64,000 bases of DNA from an uncultured bacterium (GTDB lineage: Bacteria > Latescibacterota > MWCZ01). The stretch spans positions 90,150-154,149 of the forward strand of contig CAZEAI010000002.1 of assembly GCA_964510105.1 (NCBI GenBank), written 5' to 3'. Under the pieces are notes generated by a model that did no database searches, was not told the DNA's origin, and saw nothing but the letters and a program-made list of their open reading frames with translations. The position numbers and the translations under genes are program-made. Shown piece by piece: positions 1-9,186 of this stretch; position 1 is the first letter of the stretch, and the number at the start of each line of letters is the position of its first letter.

Positions 1-1
1 C

Positions 2-265
2 GACGACGAAATCGTGACCCGCAATCAGCGGGAGGTCGCCAACCGACACGCGCACGGAATCGCGCACGAGAACTCGCGACGGCAACTGGATCACGTTATC
101 GGCAGGAGATCGCACGTCGTGCCGGACGGTGAACCATCCCGCGCGGACGACCCGAGTATCCGCGGCGGCCTCGCCGGCACGTACGGCGAGAATCATCAGA
201 ACGAGGACGGCTATCGACATCACCATCCGATGCCGGAGCATGTCCGGAACGTTGAATCGCGACAT
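2..265 (-). CDS. Partial CDS: N-terminus of a secreted or membrane-anchored hypothetical protein, continuing past the window start
   Basis: Absent from the ORF track because it runs off the window. My manual reverse translation from ATG 265 (alternative ATG 241) stays open to nt 2: MSRFNVPDMLRHRMVMSIAVLVLMILAVRAGEAAADTRVV... The N-terminus is hydrophobic and signal-like. It lies co-directionally 130 nt downstream of the TPR gene. Confidence 0.4.
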   Translation of the reverse strand, partial: MSRFNVPDMLRHRMVMSIAVLVLMILAVRAGEAAADTRVVRAGWFTVRHDVRSPADNVIQLPSRVLVRDSVRVSVGDLPLIAGHDFVV

Positions 266-394
266 CACGTGGACAGGCATCGAGATGTGGATGGGACCGC
301 GTCGGCGGTTCGAACGAGCATGCCGCATCCTCACGCGATGGCAAAATCAGACCGGTGGCCGGGATTCCCGGGGTCGGGCCCTCTGTCGCGGGCC

Positions 395-2089
395 TCAGTC
401 CCTCGGCAGGGCGTTGACCTTCGCACGCACCTGCTCGTTGGTCGGTTCCAGCCGTAGCGCCTCGATCCACGCGGCAAGCGCAAGACCGTCTTCTCCGAGC
501 GAGTGGTTCACATCGCCGAGATGCTCGAAGATCAGCGCACTTGTGGGATCAAGATCCGCCGCACGCAGTAGGTACCGCCGCCCCTCAAGGGGCTTTCCCT
601 GCTGGTACAGCACCCACCCCATGCTGTCGAGGTACGCCGAATTCTCCGGCTCCAGCGCCACGGCGCGAGCGATCATGCGATGCGCTTCCGCGAGATGAAT
701 CCCGCGCTCGGCGAACATGTACCCAAGGTAGTTCAGCGCCACGGCGTTCTGGGAATCCCGACTGATGAGGCGCCGGAACACCGGTACGGCTTCGTCATAC
801 CGTCCCGCTCGCTCCAGGCTGCTGGCGTAGTTGAACATCCACGTGGTGTTGTCCGCGTCATCGGCGAGAAGCGACGCGAATACGCCCGCCGACTCGTCCC
901 ACTTCGAGCGAGATCGAAGAGCGATGCCGAACAGGTACCTCAGGCGCGTATCGCCGGGATACCGTTCCACCGCGTCCCGACCGGCGCGCTCCGCGTGGCT
1001 TGGCGCGCCGGATTGCAGATAGGCCAGCAGCAGCCCGGTCAGCGCCTCGACGGTGGAATCACGCCGGGCCGCCTGCTCAAACGCTACGGCCGCCTCGGGG
1101 AACCGTTGCTGCGCGATGTACGCCTGCCCAAGCAGCACGTGGAAGGCCGACTCGTCGGGAAACCGCAGGAGCAGGCGCTCAATGTGAGACGCGATAATCT
1201 CGTGCTGTCCGCGCTTGAGCATGAGCGAAAGCCACGCGCGCCGCTGTGTCAACTCGTGCTCACCGTAGGGCGTCACGCGGACCATCGCGGAGTCGGCGAG
1301 AGCCCACTTCCCGCGTCCCGTGTGCAGCCACGCGAGCCGCTCGAGCAGGTCGTGCGAATCCGGGTGCCGCTCCAGTCCGTTCGTGTAGACCGCGAGGGCC
1401 TCGTCGGCGCGGTCGGCCTCATCGAGGAACTCGCCGTATTCCACCGCGCCGCGCTCCAGATCGGGCCAGTGCTCCAACACGATGCGGTAGAGGGTGTCCG
1501 CCGACGTCGCCAGCTTCATTCTCCGCGCGATCGTCGCCCACCGGAGCAGGTCGTACGGGGAATCCGCATCCTCCCGGGCGAGTTGCTTCAGCGTGCGCTG
1601 CGCGTCGACCGGTCTCCCGACTGCGCGGTAGAGATGGATCAGACTCCATGCGTCGGACTCGTCGCGCGAGATTCGAAGCGCCGCCTCGCGGTGCGGCTCG
1701 GCGAGGCGGAAACGCTCCTGTTCCTCGTGTAACTCCGCGAGAAAGCGGTGTGCGTCCGCGTAGGTGCTGTCCAGCGCCAGGGACGCCATCGCTGCGGAGA
1801 CTGCCGCGGAGTCGCCACCAACGCCGATGATCGCACGTGCGAGCCCCAGCCGCAGCGAGGGCGCGGCCTGATCCTCCGCCACGGCGGATTGCCAATGGAC
1901 GAGCGCGCTGAGGTCGTCGCCGTTTCTCTCTGCGCGCTTGGCGGCAAGGAGATGTATCACCGCCTGCGGTGCCGGCCCTGACGGTACGGCAGGGTCTTCC
2001 GCCGGGAGCTTCCGCGCCGCACACCCTCCCAGCACGCATATGGCGAGTGCCGAGGCGGCTATTCCTCCGATTGTATACGTTGGTCGCAC
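395..2089 (-). CDS. TPR-repeat lipoprotein
   Basis: 564 aa. Signal peptide plus lipobox (ALAICVLGGC). The rest is helical-repeat sequence with TPR-like periodicity (e.g. AVALNYLGYMFAERG, ALRLEPTNEQV). GTG start preceded by GGAGAG. Confidence 0.8.
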   Translation of the reverse strand: MRPTYTIGGIAASALAICVLGGCAARKLPAEDPAVPSGPAPQAVIHLLAAKRAERNGDDLSALVHWQSAVAEDQAAPSLRLGLARAIIGVGGDSAAVSAAMASLALDSTYADAHRFLAELHEEQERFRLAEPHREAALRISRDESDAWSLIHLYRAVGRPVDAQRTLKQLAREDADSPYDLLRWATIARRMKLATSADTLYRIVLEHWPDLERGAVEYGEFLDEADRADEALAVYTNGLERHPDSHDLLERLAWLHTGRGKWALADSAMVRVTPYGEHELTQRRAWLSLMLKRGQHEIIASHIERLLLRFPDESAFHVLLGQAYIAQQRFPEAAVAFEQAARRDSTVEALTGLLLAYLQSGAPSHAERAGRDAVERYPGDTRLRYLFGIALRSRSKWDESAGVFASLLADDADNTTWMFNYASSLERAGRYDEAVPVFRRLISRDSQNAVALNYLGYMFAERGIHLAEAHRMIARAVALEPENSAYLDSMGWVLYQQGKPLEGRRYLLRAADLDPTSALIFEHLGDVNHSLGEDGLALAAWIEALRLEPTNEQVRAKVNALPRD

Positions 2090-2221
2090 CTTTCGTCGCT
2101 CTCCAGAAGGCGGCCGCCCAGGTACTGGCCCCCGGGCGCTGCACCGAAGTACGTTGCGTGTAAGGTAGCCCGTCGGCGGGGCGCGGAACAGCCCTGAGCG
2201 CCGCCACGAGGCGACGGACCG

Positions 2222-3157
2222 ATGCTGGAGGCAGCCATGGAAAGCAGTCGACGAATCCTCGTGATAGGGGCCACCGGCCTGGTCGGACAGCCCGTGGCGC
2301 GCGCCCTCCTCGACTCAGGTTACGGCGTGCGGGTCATGAGCACCCGTCCCGAGGCGGCGAGGGAGACGTTCGATGCCCGATTCGAGATCGTCCACGGCGA
2401 CATCACAGACCCGTCGACGCTTCCCGCCGCGCTGGAGGGATGCCACGGCGTCCATCTCGGCGTGTCCTCCAGCGCAGGGGCGCAGGGCGCGGACGCCGTT
2501 GAACACCTCGGTGCCGCGAACGTCACGCGGGCAGCTCTCGACGCGGGCATCGAACGCATCATCTTCGTGTCCGGATCGACGGCGTTTCCGGAGAACAGCT
2601 CGAACCCGGGCGTGAAAGCGAAGCTCGACGCGGAACGAGAGATCGTCGAATCGGGTCTGCCCTACACGATCTTCTGTCCGACGTGGTTCATGGAATCGAT
2701 GACGCGCTTCATCAACGGCACCAAAGCGAGCGCGTTCGGGAAGTTCCGCCACCCGTGGCACTGGATCGCCGCCGACGACTTCGCTCGGATGGTCGTCCGC
2801 GCGTTCGAGCTGCCCGAAGCCGCCGGGAGGCGCCTGTTCGCCCACGGTCCGGACGCGCTGACGCTCCTTGAGGCGTTTGAACGCTATCGCGTCATCGTCG
2901 AACCGGAGCTGAACGTGCGGACGACTCCGCTCTGGCAACTCCGCATCATCGCGACGCTCACGCGCCGTCCCGCGATCAAGCGCATCATACCGTTCATGCG
3001 CTACATGTCGCGCACTCCCGAGGGTGGGGACCCGACAGAAGCGAACGAGCTTCTCGGAGCGCCCGAGACGACGCTCGACGACTGGCTTCGCGCCATACTG
3101 GAGGCGAAGCGAATCGCGGCGAACGTCGGCGAAGAGGAAGAATCGTGCCGGACGTGA
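2222..3157 (+). CDS. NmrA-like / atypical SDR NAD(P)-binding protein
   Basis: 311 aa. N-terminal Rossmann motif ILVIGATGLVGQPVARALLDSGYGVRVM. Length and layout are typical of NmrA/NAD(P)H-binding family proteins. Divergent from the TPR gene. Confidence 0.8.
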   Translation: MLEAAMESSRRILVIGATGLVGQPVARALLDSGYGVRVMSTRPEAARETFDARFEIVHGDITDPSTLPAALEGCHGVHLGVSSSAGAQGADAVEHLGAANVTRAALDAGIERIIFVSGSTAFPENSSNPGVKAKLDAEREIVESGLPYTIFCPTWFMESMTRFINGTKASAFGKFRHPWHWIAADDFARMVVRAFELPEAAGRRLFAHGPDALTLLEAFERYRVIVEPELNVRTTPLWQLRIIATLTRRPAIKRIIPFMRYMSRTPEGGDPTEANELLGAPETTLDDWLRAILEAKRIAANVGEEEESCRT

Positions 3158-3176
3158 ACTACCGGTAAGGGCGGAG

Positions 3177-4082
3177 CTACGCCCGCATCATGCTCGTCCG
3201 CGCGCCGAACCCGAGGCAAGCCGCCGCTCCGCACCTGGTCGCGAGCGCCACGGCGTCCTCAAGCTCCTCTCCCGAGGCCAGCGCCGACAATAGACCGCCG
3301 TGAAACGCGTCCCCGGCTCCCACTGTGTCCACGACTTCGATGTCGAGCGCCTCGCTCTGACGAACCGGGCCACCAGGCAGCGACCAGTACGCGCCGTGCG
3401 GCCCCGCGGTTACCACCGCGGTCGTCTCGTAGTCGAAGGCGATGCGGTGGGCGAGGTCCCGCGCGTTGAGGTTCGGATAGATCGAACCCATGGCGACGTG
3501 GTTCGGCACAATGACCTCGGCTGATCGAAAGATGTCGTGCGCGGACTCGGTCGTCCCGACGCATTGGCTCACCGGGTCGAGGTCCACGTCGACCATGATC
3601 CTGCCGCCGCGCAGACGTGCCGCCTGGCAGAACGCGAAGACGACGTCGAGCGCCATCTCGCCCACCTCGACGATCACCCAATCGCCTCGTTCTGTGCGTT
3701 CGGCGAGCAGGTAGGCGTCCTCGGCGGTCATCGATTCCAGGCTGTTCGGGAGCAGGAAGCCGCCCACTCTCCGCGTCTCCGCGTACACCGCGACGTTGAA
3801 CGGGGAGCAGTGGGCAGGATCGCGGATGGCGGCGCCGCAGTGGACACCCTCGTCGGCCAGATTCGCGACGATCTGATCGCCGATCCAGTCGGACCCGAGT
3901 TTGCCGAGCCACTCGGCCGCGCCGCCCAGCCGGGCAACCTGCACGAGGCAGTTGGCGGTCGCCCCGCCACCAAGCACGTCACCACGCCGTGCGAGGAGCT
4001 TGTCGCGGTAGTCCAGACCGAGGTCGGCGGTGGTTATGCGGAAATCGAGCGCCGCCGAGCCGAATCCCAGTACGCGCGGCAT
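3177..4082 (-). CDS. PfkB-family (ribokinase-like) sugar/sugar-phosphate kinase
   Basis: 301 aa. PfkB C-terminal signature DTVGAGDAFHGG and N-terminal GGGATAN. ATG start lies 1 nt after the stop of the upstream aldolase gene. Confidence 0.85.
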   Translation of the reverse strand: MPRVLGFGSAALDFRITTADLGLDYRDKLLARRGDVLGGGATANCLVQVARLGGAAEWLGKLGSDWIGDQIVANLADEGVHCGAAIRDPAHCSPFNVAVYAETRRVGGFLLPNSLESMTAEDAYLLAERTERGDWVIVEVGEMALDVVFAFCQAARLRGGRIMVDVDLDPVSQCVGTTESAHDIFRSAEVIVPNHVAMGSIYPNLNARDLAHRIAFDYETTAVVTAGPHGAYWSLPGGPVRQSEALDIEVVDTVGAGDAFHGGLLSALASGEELEDAVALATRCGAAACLGFGARTSMMRA

Positions 4083-4083
4083 G

Positions 4084-4779
4084 TCATTCAGCCTCCCCGT
4101 CCACGCCGGAGGTGAGGTAGTCGACGACTTCGCCCTTAACGTTCGCCCAGTTCGACGCGAACAGCGTCTCGGCGCGTCTGCTCAGCGGATGCTGCATCAT
4201 CTGCTCGACGAGTGGGTACCGCATGGCCACCGCGTCGACGCCCGCCGCGAGAGCGAGCTCCACATCGCCGACGCCCTTCATGCTCACCGCGATGATCTCC
4301 GGCGAATCGTCAAGCCGATCATACCCGCGTCGGATATCGCTGAGCATGGCGGCAGGATCGATGCCAAACTCACGCGCACGGGAGACGAAGGGGCAGATAC
4401 CGAAGGCTCCCACCGTCGCGGCCGCCGACGCCTGCGCCACACTGAAGAGGGCCGTGGCGATGCAGTCGATCCCCTCCTGCTGGAGGATGCGGATCGCGCG
4501 GAATCCTTTGGGGTCGGCGATGACCTTGAATCCCACGCGTTCGCGGTCCAGCGTGTTCAACTCGCGAGCGCGTTCCACCAGTTCGTCTGTTGTCGGACCG
4601 TGTATCTGGATGAACGCGCGAAGATCGGTCGCCTCGAGAATCTGGGCGGTGATCTCGGCAAGGGCGAGCTCGCCCCGGAAATACTGGTCGAACCCCTGCG
4701 GGTTCGTCAGAATGCCCGCTACGCCAAGCTGCGTACATGCACGAATATCGTCAAGCGATCCGGCACCGTAGATGCGCAT
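4084..4779 (-). CDS. Transaldolase-fold protein of the fructose-6-phosphate-aldolase (FSA/TalC) type
   Basis: 231 aa, the short FSA/TalC size. Contains ILTNPQGF (compare VTTNPS). The segment VGFKVIADPKGFRAIRILQQEGIDCIATALFSVAQASAAATVGAFGICPFVSR lines up with the Schiff-base Lys strand and the following helices of FSA. Confidence 0.75.
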   Translation of the reverse strand: MRIYGAGSLDDIRACTQLGVAGILTNPQGFDQYFRGELALAEITAQILEATDLRAFIQIHGPTTDELVERARELNTLDRERVGFKVIADPKGFRAIRILQQEGIDCIATALFSVAQASAAATVGAFGICPFVSRAREFGIDPAAMLSDIRRGYDRLDDSPEIIAVSMKGVGDVELALAAGVDAVAMRYPLVEQMMQHPLSRRAETLFASNWANVKGEVVDYLTSGVDGEAE

Positions 4780-4782
4780 GGT

Positions 4783-5880
4783 TCAGTCTCCCAGGAATGC
4801 GGAGCAGAGCACCGCTCGTACGTCGTCGCGGCTGACCTCGACGACAGCGTTCAGCCTGCCGTAAGCGTTCCAGCCGGAGTCGGTCCAGTCTTCCAGCGAC
4901 GCTTCGTCCACGTCGGCCGCGACGACATCGGGCGAGACCCCAGCGTTTCGGATGAAACCTCTGAGATCGCCGTCGAACACGTCGAGGACGCGTCGAGCCC
5001 GATCGGAGCCGAGTTCAGCCAGCACCTTGACGAACGTTCCAAGCATGAGGGCGTTCGCGTGGCCATGTGAGTAGCCGAAACGTTGCGTCAGCCGGTACCC
5101 CAACGCGTGCACGAACACTGTCCCGCACGTCGAGAGCGCGATGCCGCCCTCAAGCGACGCCAGCAGGAGCGTCTCCCTGGCATCGACATCGTCCGGATCC
5201 TCGAGAGCGCTCGGAAGCGCGTCCCGCACCAACCGACACGATTCCAGGGCCAGCGGCTCGATCATCCCGCCACACAGAGACGAGAGATAGCCCTCTATCG
5301 AATGGGATAGCGCGTCTATCCCCGTGTGCGAAGTGACGCGCCTCGGCACGCTCAGCGTGAGTTCGGGGTCCAGAAGCGCTGTGCCGGGAATGATCGACAC
5401 GTGTTTCACGAACGACTTCGCGTGCGTGTCCGCATCCGTAAGCACGGTAAACGGCGACACCTCGCTGCCCGTTCCGGCGGTCGTCGGAACCGCGACGATA
5501 TCCATGCGGACGGGCACTCCGGGCGCTGTGGTGTCAGCCCGCCAGACCGGGTTCGCGTCGAACCACGCTACGGCTTTGGCGAGGTCGATGCTGCTTCCGC
5601 CGCCGATGGCGATGAGGGTATCCGCCTCGAACTCGCGCGCCCGGAGCGCCAGCCGCCGCGCAAGCCGGTCGGTAGGATTCTCCTCGAACTCGTCCACCAC
5701 CGCGAGATCGAGCGCGGCCTCGTTGAGAGACTCCACTACATCCGGCTGACTGAATCCCGCGTATGGGAAGAGCATGCACCGCTTGCCGCGAACGGACTCC
5801 AGATCGGCCAACCGGTCCACGGCTCCGCGCTGGAAGACGATGCTGGTAGGGATGTTAAATGCGAAAGCGCTGACGGACAT
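4783..5880 (-). CDS. Iron-containing (group III) alcohol dehydrogenase
   Basis: 365 aa. GGGSSIDLAKAVA nucleotide-binding motif. His-rich metal site region (HALGYRL...YSHGHANA). Confidence 0.85.
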   Translation of the reverse strand: MSVSAFAFNIPTSIVFQRGAVDRLADLESVRGKRCMLFPYAGFSQPDVVESLNEAALDLAVVDEFEENPTDRLARRLALRAREFEADTLIAIGGGSSIDLAKAVAWFDANPVWRADTTAPGVPVRMDIVAVPTTAGTGSEVSPFTVLTDADTHAKSFVKHVSIIPGTALLDPELTLSVPRRVTSHTGIDALSHSIEGYLSSLCGGMIEPLALESCRLVRDALPSALEDPDDVDARETLLLASLEGGIALSTCGTVFVHALGYRLTQRFGYSHGHANALMLGTFVKVLAELGSDRARRVLDVFDGDLRGFIRNAGVSPDVVAADVDEASLEDWTDSGWNAYGRLNAVVEVSRDDVRAVLCSAFLGD

Positions 5881-6013
5881 CGGGCATCACTCCGTAGGCT
5901 GGCGGGCGATCAAGGCGAATCGTACCGCAACCGGATAGGGGAACCAATGCGCGGTACACAGAGCGAGGCCGCCCAAGCGTGCCTGAGCGACCTCGCTGAA
6001 GTCTGTCCGGGAC

Positions 6014-7237
6014 TCAGCCCCAGCCTTCGGCACCCTTGAGCGCACCGACGCGCTCTCCCGCTACTTTCGCGGAGTATCCACTCTCCCGGTGCGCGACTAT
6101 CGGATCGGGATGGAGGCCCCGGTCGGCGCGCACTTTCTCGACGAGTGGCCGGACGTCGGTCTGATACGCCTGCTGGAGAACGCGTTCGGCATCAACCGCA
6201 TCGTTGCGTTCGCGCGCATCTTCGAGCGCCGCAACATCCACGAGCAGCGACTTCGCGTAGATCGTCTGGATGTTCATTATCGACTGTATCATCGCTTCGA
6301 TCTTCTGTTTCACGATGTGGCTCTGGTCGATCATGTAGGTGATCGGCGTGCTGGACTGAACGCCATCGCGCTCGCCGGCCAGAATCTCTACGAAGATCAG
6401 GAATATCTCGTACGGGTTGATCGATCCGACGGTGAGGTCGTCGTCGGCGCTCTTGCGGTTGTTGAAGTGAAATCCGCCCAGCAACTTCTCATCCATAAGC
6501 GAGCCGACGATGTGCTCGATGTTCACACCATGGGCATGGTGTCCCGTATCCACCAGAACCTGAGCCCGTTCGCCGGCGTGACGACACATGAGCATCGCCA
6601 TCCCCCAGTCCGGGATGTCGGTGTGGTAGAAGCTGGGCTCGAATAGCTTGTACTCGATGAGCATGCGGCCCGTCTCCGGAAGCGCCTTGTGGATCTCCGC
6701 AAGGCTCTCCTGCATCCAGACTTTCCGTTTGCGCATGTTCGCCTGGCCGGGGTAGTTCGATCCGTCGCCGAACCACAGGCTGAGTATGTCGCTCCCGACG
6801 CTGCCCATGATCTCCACGCATTCGAGAATCGCGTCGAGGGCCTGTTTGCGGACCGATTCATCGGCGTTGGTGAGGCTTCCGTATTTGTACGCTTTGTCCT
6901 GAAACACGTTCGGATTCACCGCGCCGATCTCTATGCCCAGATCCTTCGCCTCCTGCAAGAGCGCGTCCCAATCGTCGACCTTGTCCCATGGGATGTGGAT
7001 TGCCACGCTGGGACATGCTCCGGTAAGACCGTTGACGTGCGAGGCATCCTGGAGGCGCTCATGCAGATCGCGCGCGGCGCCGGGCTCCTTGAAGACGCCA
7101 AAGCGGGTACCGGAGTTGCCGTATCCCCACGACGGAGTTTCGATCTTCAGATTCTTCAGGGCCTGTTCCAGCAGCCGGACGTTCATTCCGTGATCGGCGA
7201 GTTCTTCGGAGAGCGCATCGAAGGCTTTGTTGGGCAT
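6014..7237 (-). CDS. rhaI: L-rhamnose isomerase family sugar isomerase (Pseudomonas stutzeri/Streptomyces subtype, xylose-isomerase-like TIM barrel)
   Basis: PSWGYGNSGTRFGVF...AIHIPWDKVDDW matches my memory of the PSWGVGTGGTRF...HIPWDK landmarks of this subtype. I moved the start to ATG 7237 (MPNKAF...) because GGAG lies 8 nt upstream. The track start at 7336 adds a Cys/Arg-rich leader. Confidence 0.75.
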   Translation of the reverse strand: MPNKAFDALSEELADHGMNVRLLEQALKNLKIETPSWGYGNSGTRFGVFKEPGAARDLHERLQDASHVNGLTGACPSVAIHIPWDKVDDWDALLQEAKDLGIEIGAVNPNVFQDKAYKYGSLTNADESVRKQALDAILECVEIMGSVGSDILSLWFGDGSNYPGQANMRKRKVWMQESLAEIHKALPETGRMLIEYKLFEPSFYHTDIPDWGMAMLMCRHAGERAQVLVDTGHHAHGVNIEHIVGSLMDEKLLGGFHFNNRKSADDDLTVGSINPYEIFLIFVEILAGERDGVQSSTPITYMIDQSHIVKQKIEAMIQSIMNIQTIYAKSLLVDVAALEDARERNDAVDAERVLQQAYQTDVRPLVEKVRADRGLHPDPIVAHRESGYSAKVAGERVGALKGAEGWG

Positions 7238-7452
7238 CGGATACTCCGTTCGGGTAAGACGTTCCTGCTCGTGGCGCGCATTGGCGACACTCCGCCGCGC
7301 AGCCGGAACTGTGCAGACACAAACTTCGCCGCACACTCCGATTGTGGCAACCGGCTGATGCTCGTCGGGCAGGCGACGCGCCCGGAGGACCGGAGATCGT
7401 ACGGGCGGGCTGAACTACGGAACCGGCCCGCCGACATGGCGCCGCACCGTCG

Positions 7453-8208
7453 TCAGTGCACGAACTCCTCCTCAAGGAACGTCTCATTGGAGGTGTCGTC
7501 GTACCGCTTGTTGCACTCGCTGCATTTCGAGCAATCGCGGTGGTAGCAGTCGCGATGGATGCGGGTGGGGTACTGTTTGTGGAACGACTCCTGCGCCTTC
7601 TCGTCGATGAAGACATACCGTTCCTGACTCAGGCCGAACGCAGCGTACGACACGCGCGTGTCCTCGTCGGAAAGGTTCACCGGCTTACCACTCCACGAGC
7701 ACCTCACGATCCGATCCTCGTCTATCTCGGTCCGTCTCCGGGCGATCTCGTCCTCGGAAAGGTCGAATTCGATGAATGTCACGTTCGTGCGGGGCACGCG
7801 GTATCGCACCACGTCACCGGAGACGCACAGCACCTCATCCGGTGTGTAGAAGGTTTCCTCGCAGACCAGCGTGGCGCCGTCGCGCATATGCACGATGGTT
7901 CTGCCCGCTCGCGGAGGCGAGAACTTGGACCACCCGCAGCTCTCGCAGATCGTCGTAAAGAGGAACGCTCGTGTCTTCTTGCCGCAGGAGGGGCAGTGCC
8001 CCTCCTCTATCATCTTCGCCTCTTTGACCGTCTCCTTCGAGGCCTCGAATATCTTCGTGTCGACTTCGCGCGAAAGTCGATCGACCGCGCTTCGATCTTC
8101 GGAATTGAGAAGCGTCAGATGCTCCTGTAGATCGTCACCTTGATCAGCCATTGGCAGGTCAAGCCGTCGTTTGGCTTGTTCACGCTGCTTCTTGGTGATC
8201 TTAAGCAT
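7453..8208 (-). CDS. Cysteine-rich hypothetical protein (zinc-ribbon plus C-terminal Cys cluster)
   Basis: The ORF has balanced composition. CPSCGKK...CESCGW is a four-Cys ribbon, and there is a C-terminal HRDCYHRDCSKCSEC cluster. Start placed at ATG 8208 (MLKITKKQ), preceded by AGAGGA. No family recognised. Confidence 0.6.
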   Translation of the reverse strand: MLKITKKQREQAKRRLDLPMADQGDDLQEHLTLLNSEDRSAVDRLSREVDTKIFEASKETVKEAKMIEEGHCPSCGKKTRAFLFTTICESCGWSKFSPPRAGRTIVHMRDGATLVCEETFYTPDEVLCVSGDVVRYRVPRTNVTFIEFDLSEDEIARRRTEIDEDRIVRCSWSGKPVNLSDEDTRVSYAAFGLSQERYVFIDEKAQESFHKQYPTRIHRDCYHRDCSKCSECNKRYDDTSNETFLEEEFVH

Positions 8209-8772
8209 GGTATGGCGTCCTCTGGGCGCCCGGCCAGACCCGGACAGGTTCAGTGCATTCTTACGGAATGCGCGTGTGTACCAATCGATCAAGTTCAGGG
8301 ATAGAGTATAGCATACCGCCAGGCCGGAATGTTGACGGAGATCACGAGTTCGGAAAAACTTCGCATCGTGTCTGCACTCACGCTGTCGTCGCCAACCGTT
8401 GGGACCGGCAGGCGGCCCGACGTGTCAACGGGCCGAGGCACCTCCGGTCGGTCAGCGGGTCGGGCCCGTGCAGACATTCGCACTCGCAAACCACTGCCTG
8501 GGCCCGTGTTACATCGCCATCTATTGAGAATTCGCGAAGGATCACTGTCTCCCGCGCCCGTAGGTCGACGGTGTTCGGCTACCCGCAGACCGGTGCGCCA
8601 AGGCACCACTACATAGGCCAGTACTTAGGAAACATGAGTGGCGGGCCGTTGGGCGTCAACGCCCCGCGCGAGGGCCGGATCGACCGGCTACGCGGAGTAC
8701 ACGCGTCGACGCGGGCCGCGACCGGGAGTCGCGGCGCCGCTGGACGCGTAGTGCGGGAGTGTCAGACGGCGG

Positions 8773-8976
8773 TTAGAGCGCCGAAGCAATAATGTAGCCG
8801 ATCCCAACGCCGATCACACACGCGGCGACGCGGTAGGAAACCGGGATGACGACTTCGCGGACCCACTGAGCGGTCTCGCGTGAATGAAGTGTCGCGTAGA
8901 TATCGAGTTGCATGACAACCTCCCCTGCACTGCGCTGCACTGATACCCATTGCATACTATCAATGGGTTCCATCAT
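8773..8976 (-). CDS. Possible small membrane protein (67 aa)
   Basis: Single C-terminal hydrophobic helix (VSYRVAACVIGVGIGYIIASAL). Lower GC than its surroundings. No homology recognised, so it may be non-coding. Confidence 0.3.
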   Translation of the reverse strand: MMEPIDSMQWVSVQRSAGEVVMQLDIYATLHSRETAQWVREVVIPVSYRVAACVIGVGIGYIIASAL

Positions 8977-9093
8977 CTGGCTTTATTATACACCGGTCCC
9001 GTGAGGTTGTCAAGTGCGTCACGAAAAAAAACGAGGAAAGTCTGCATCGCTGCAGGTCATGGGGCTCTTGGCCGCCCCTGTCAGCCGCGCACG

Positions 9094-9127
9094 TTGCCAG
9101 CCGCACTGTGTCGCGCGTACATATATT
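9094..9127 (+). promoter_or_regulatory. Candidate sigma70-type promoter for the BNR-repeat gene
   Basis: TTGCCA (9094-9099), an 18-nt spacer, then TACATA/TATATT (9118-9127), about 60 nt upstream of ATG 9187. GGAAGGA serves as the RBS. Pattern match only. Confidence 0.2.
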
Positions 9128-9186
9128 GGTTCACGCGCCCGCGCTGACGCGATGCGTCGACCCAACCAGGAACTCGGAAGGAACAC

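Noticed and set aside
680-1732. 350-aa plus-strand ORF overlapping the TPR gene. The same applies to 1246-1830, 1419-2207 and other ORFs in this area.
   Set aside because: It is antisense or off-frame to a 564-aa ORF with clear TPR/lipoprotein features. The translation is Arg/Pro/Gly-rich with no motif. This is a typical high-GC shadow ORF.
9033-9042. GAGGAAAGTC, reminiscent of the conserved GAGGAAAGTCC box of bacterial RNase P RNA.
   Set aside because: Only this decamer matches. The following sequence (TGCATCGCTGCAGG...) lacks the P4 and other conserved RNase P elements. Only about 145 nt remain before the next gene, far too short for the RNA.
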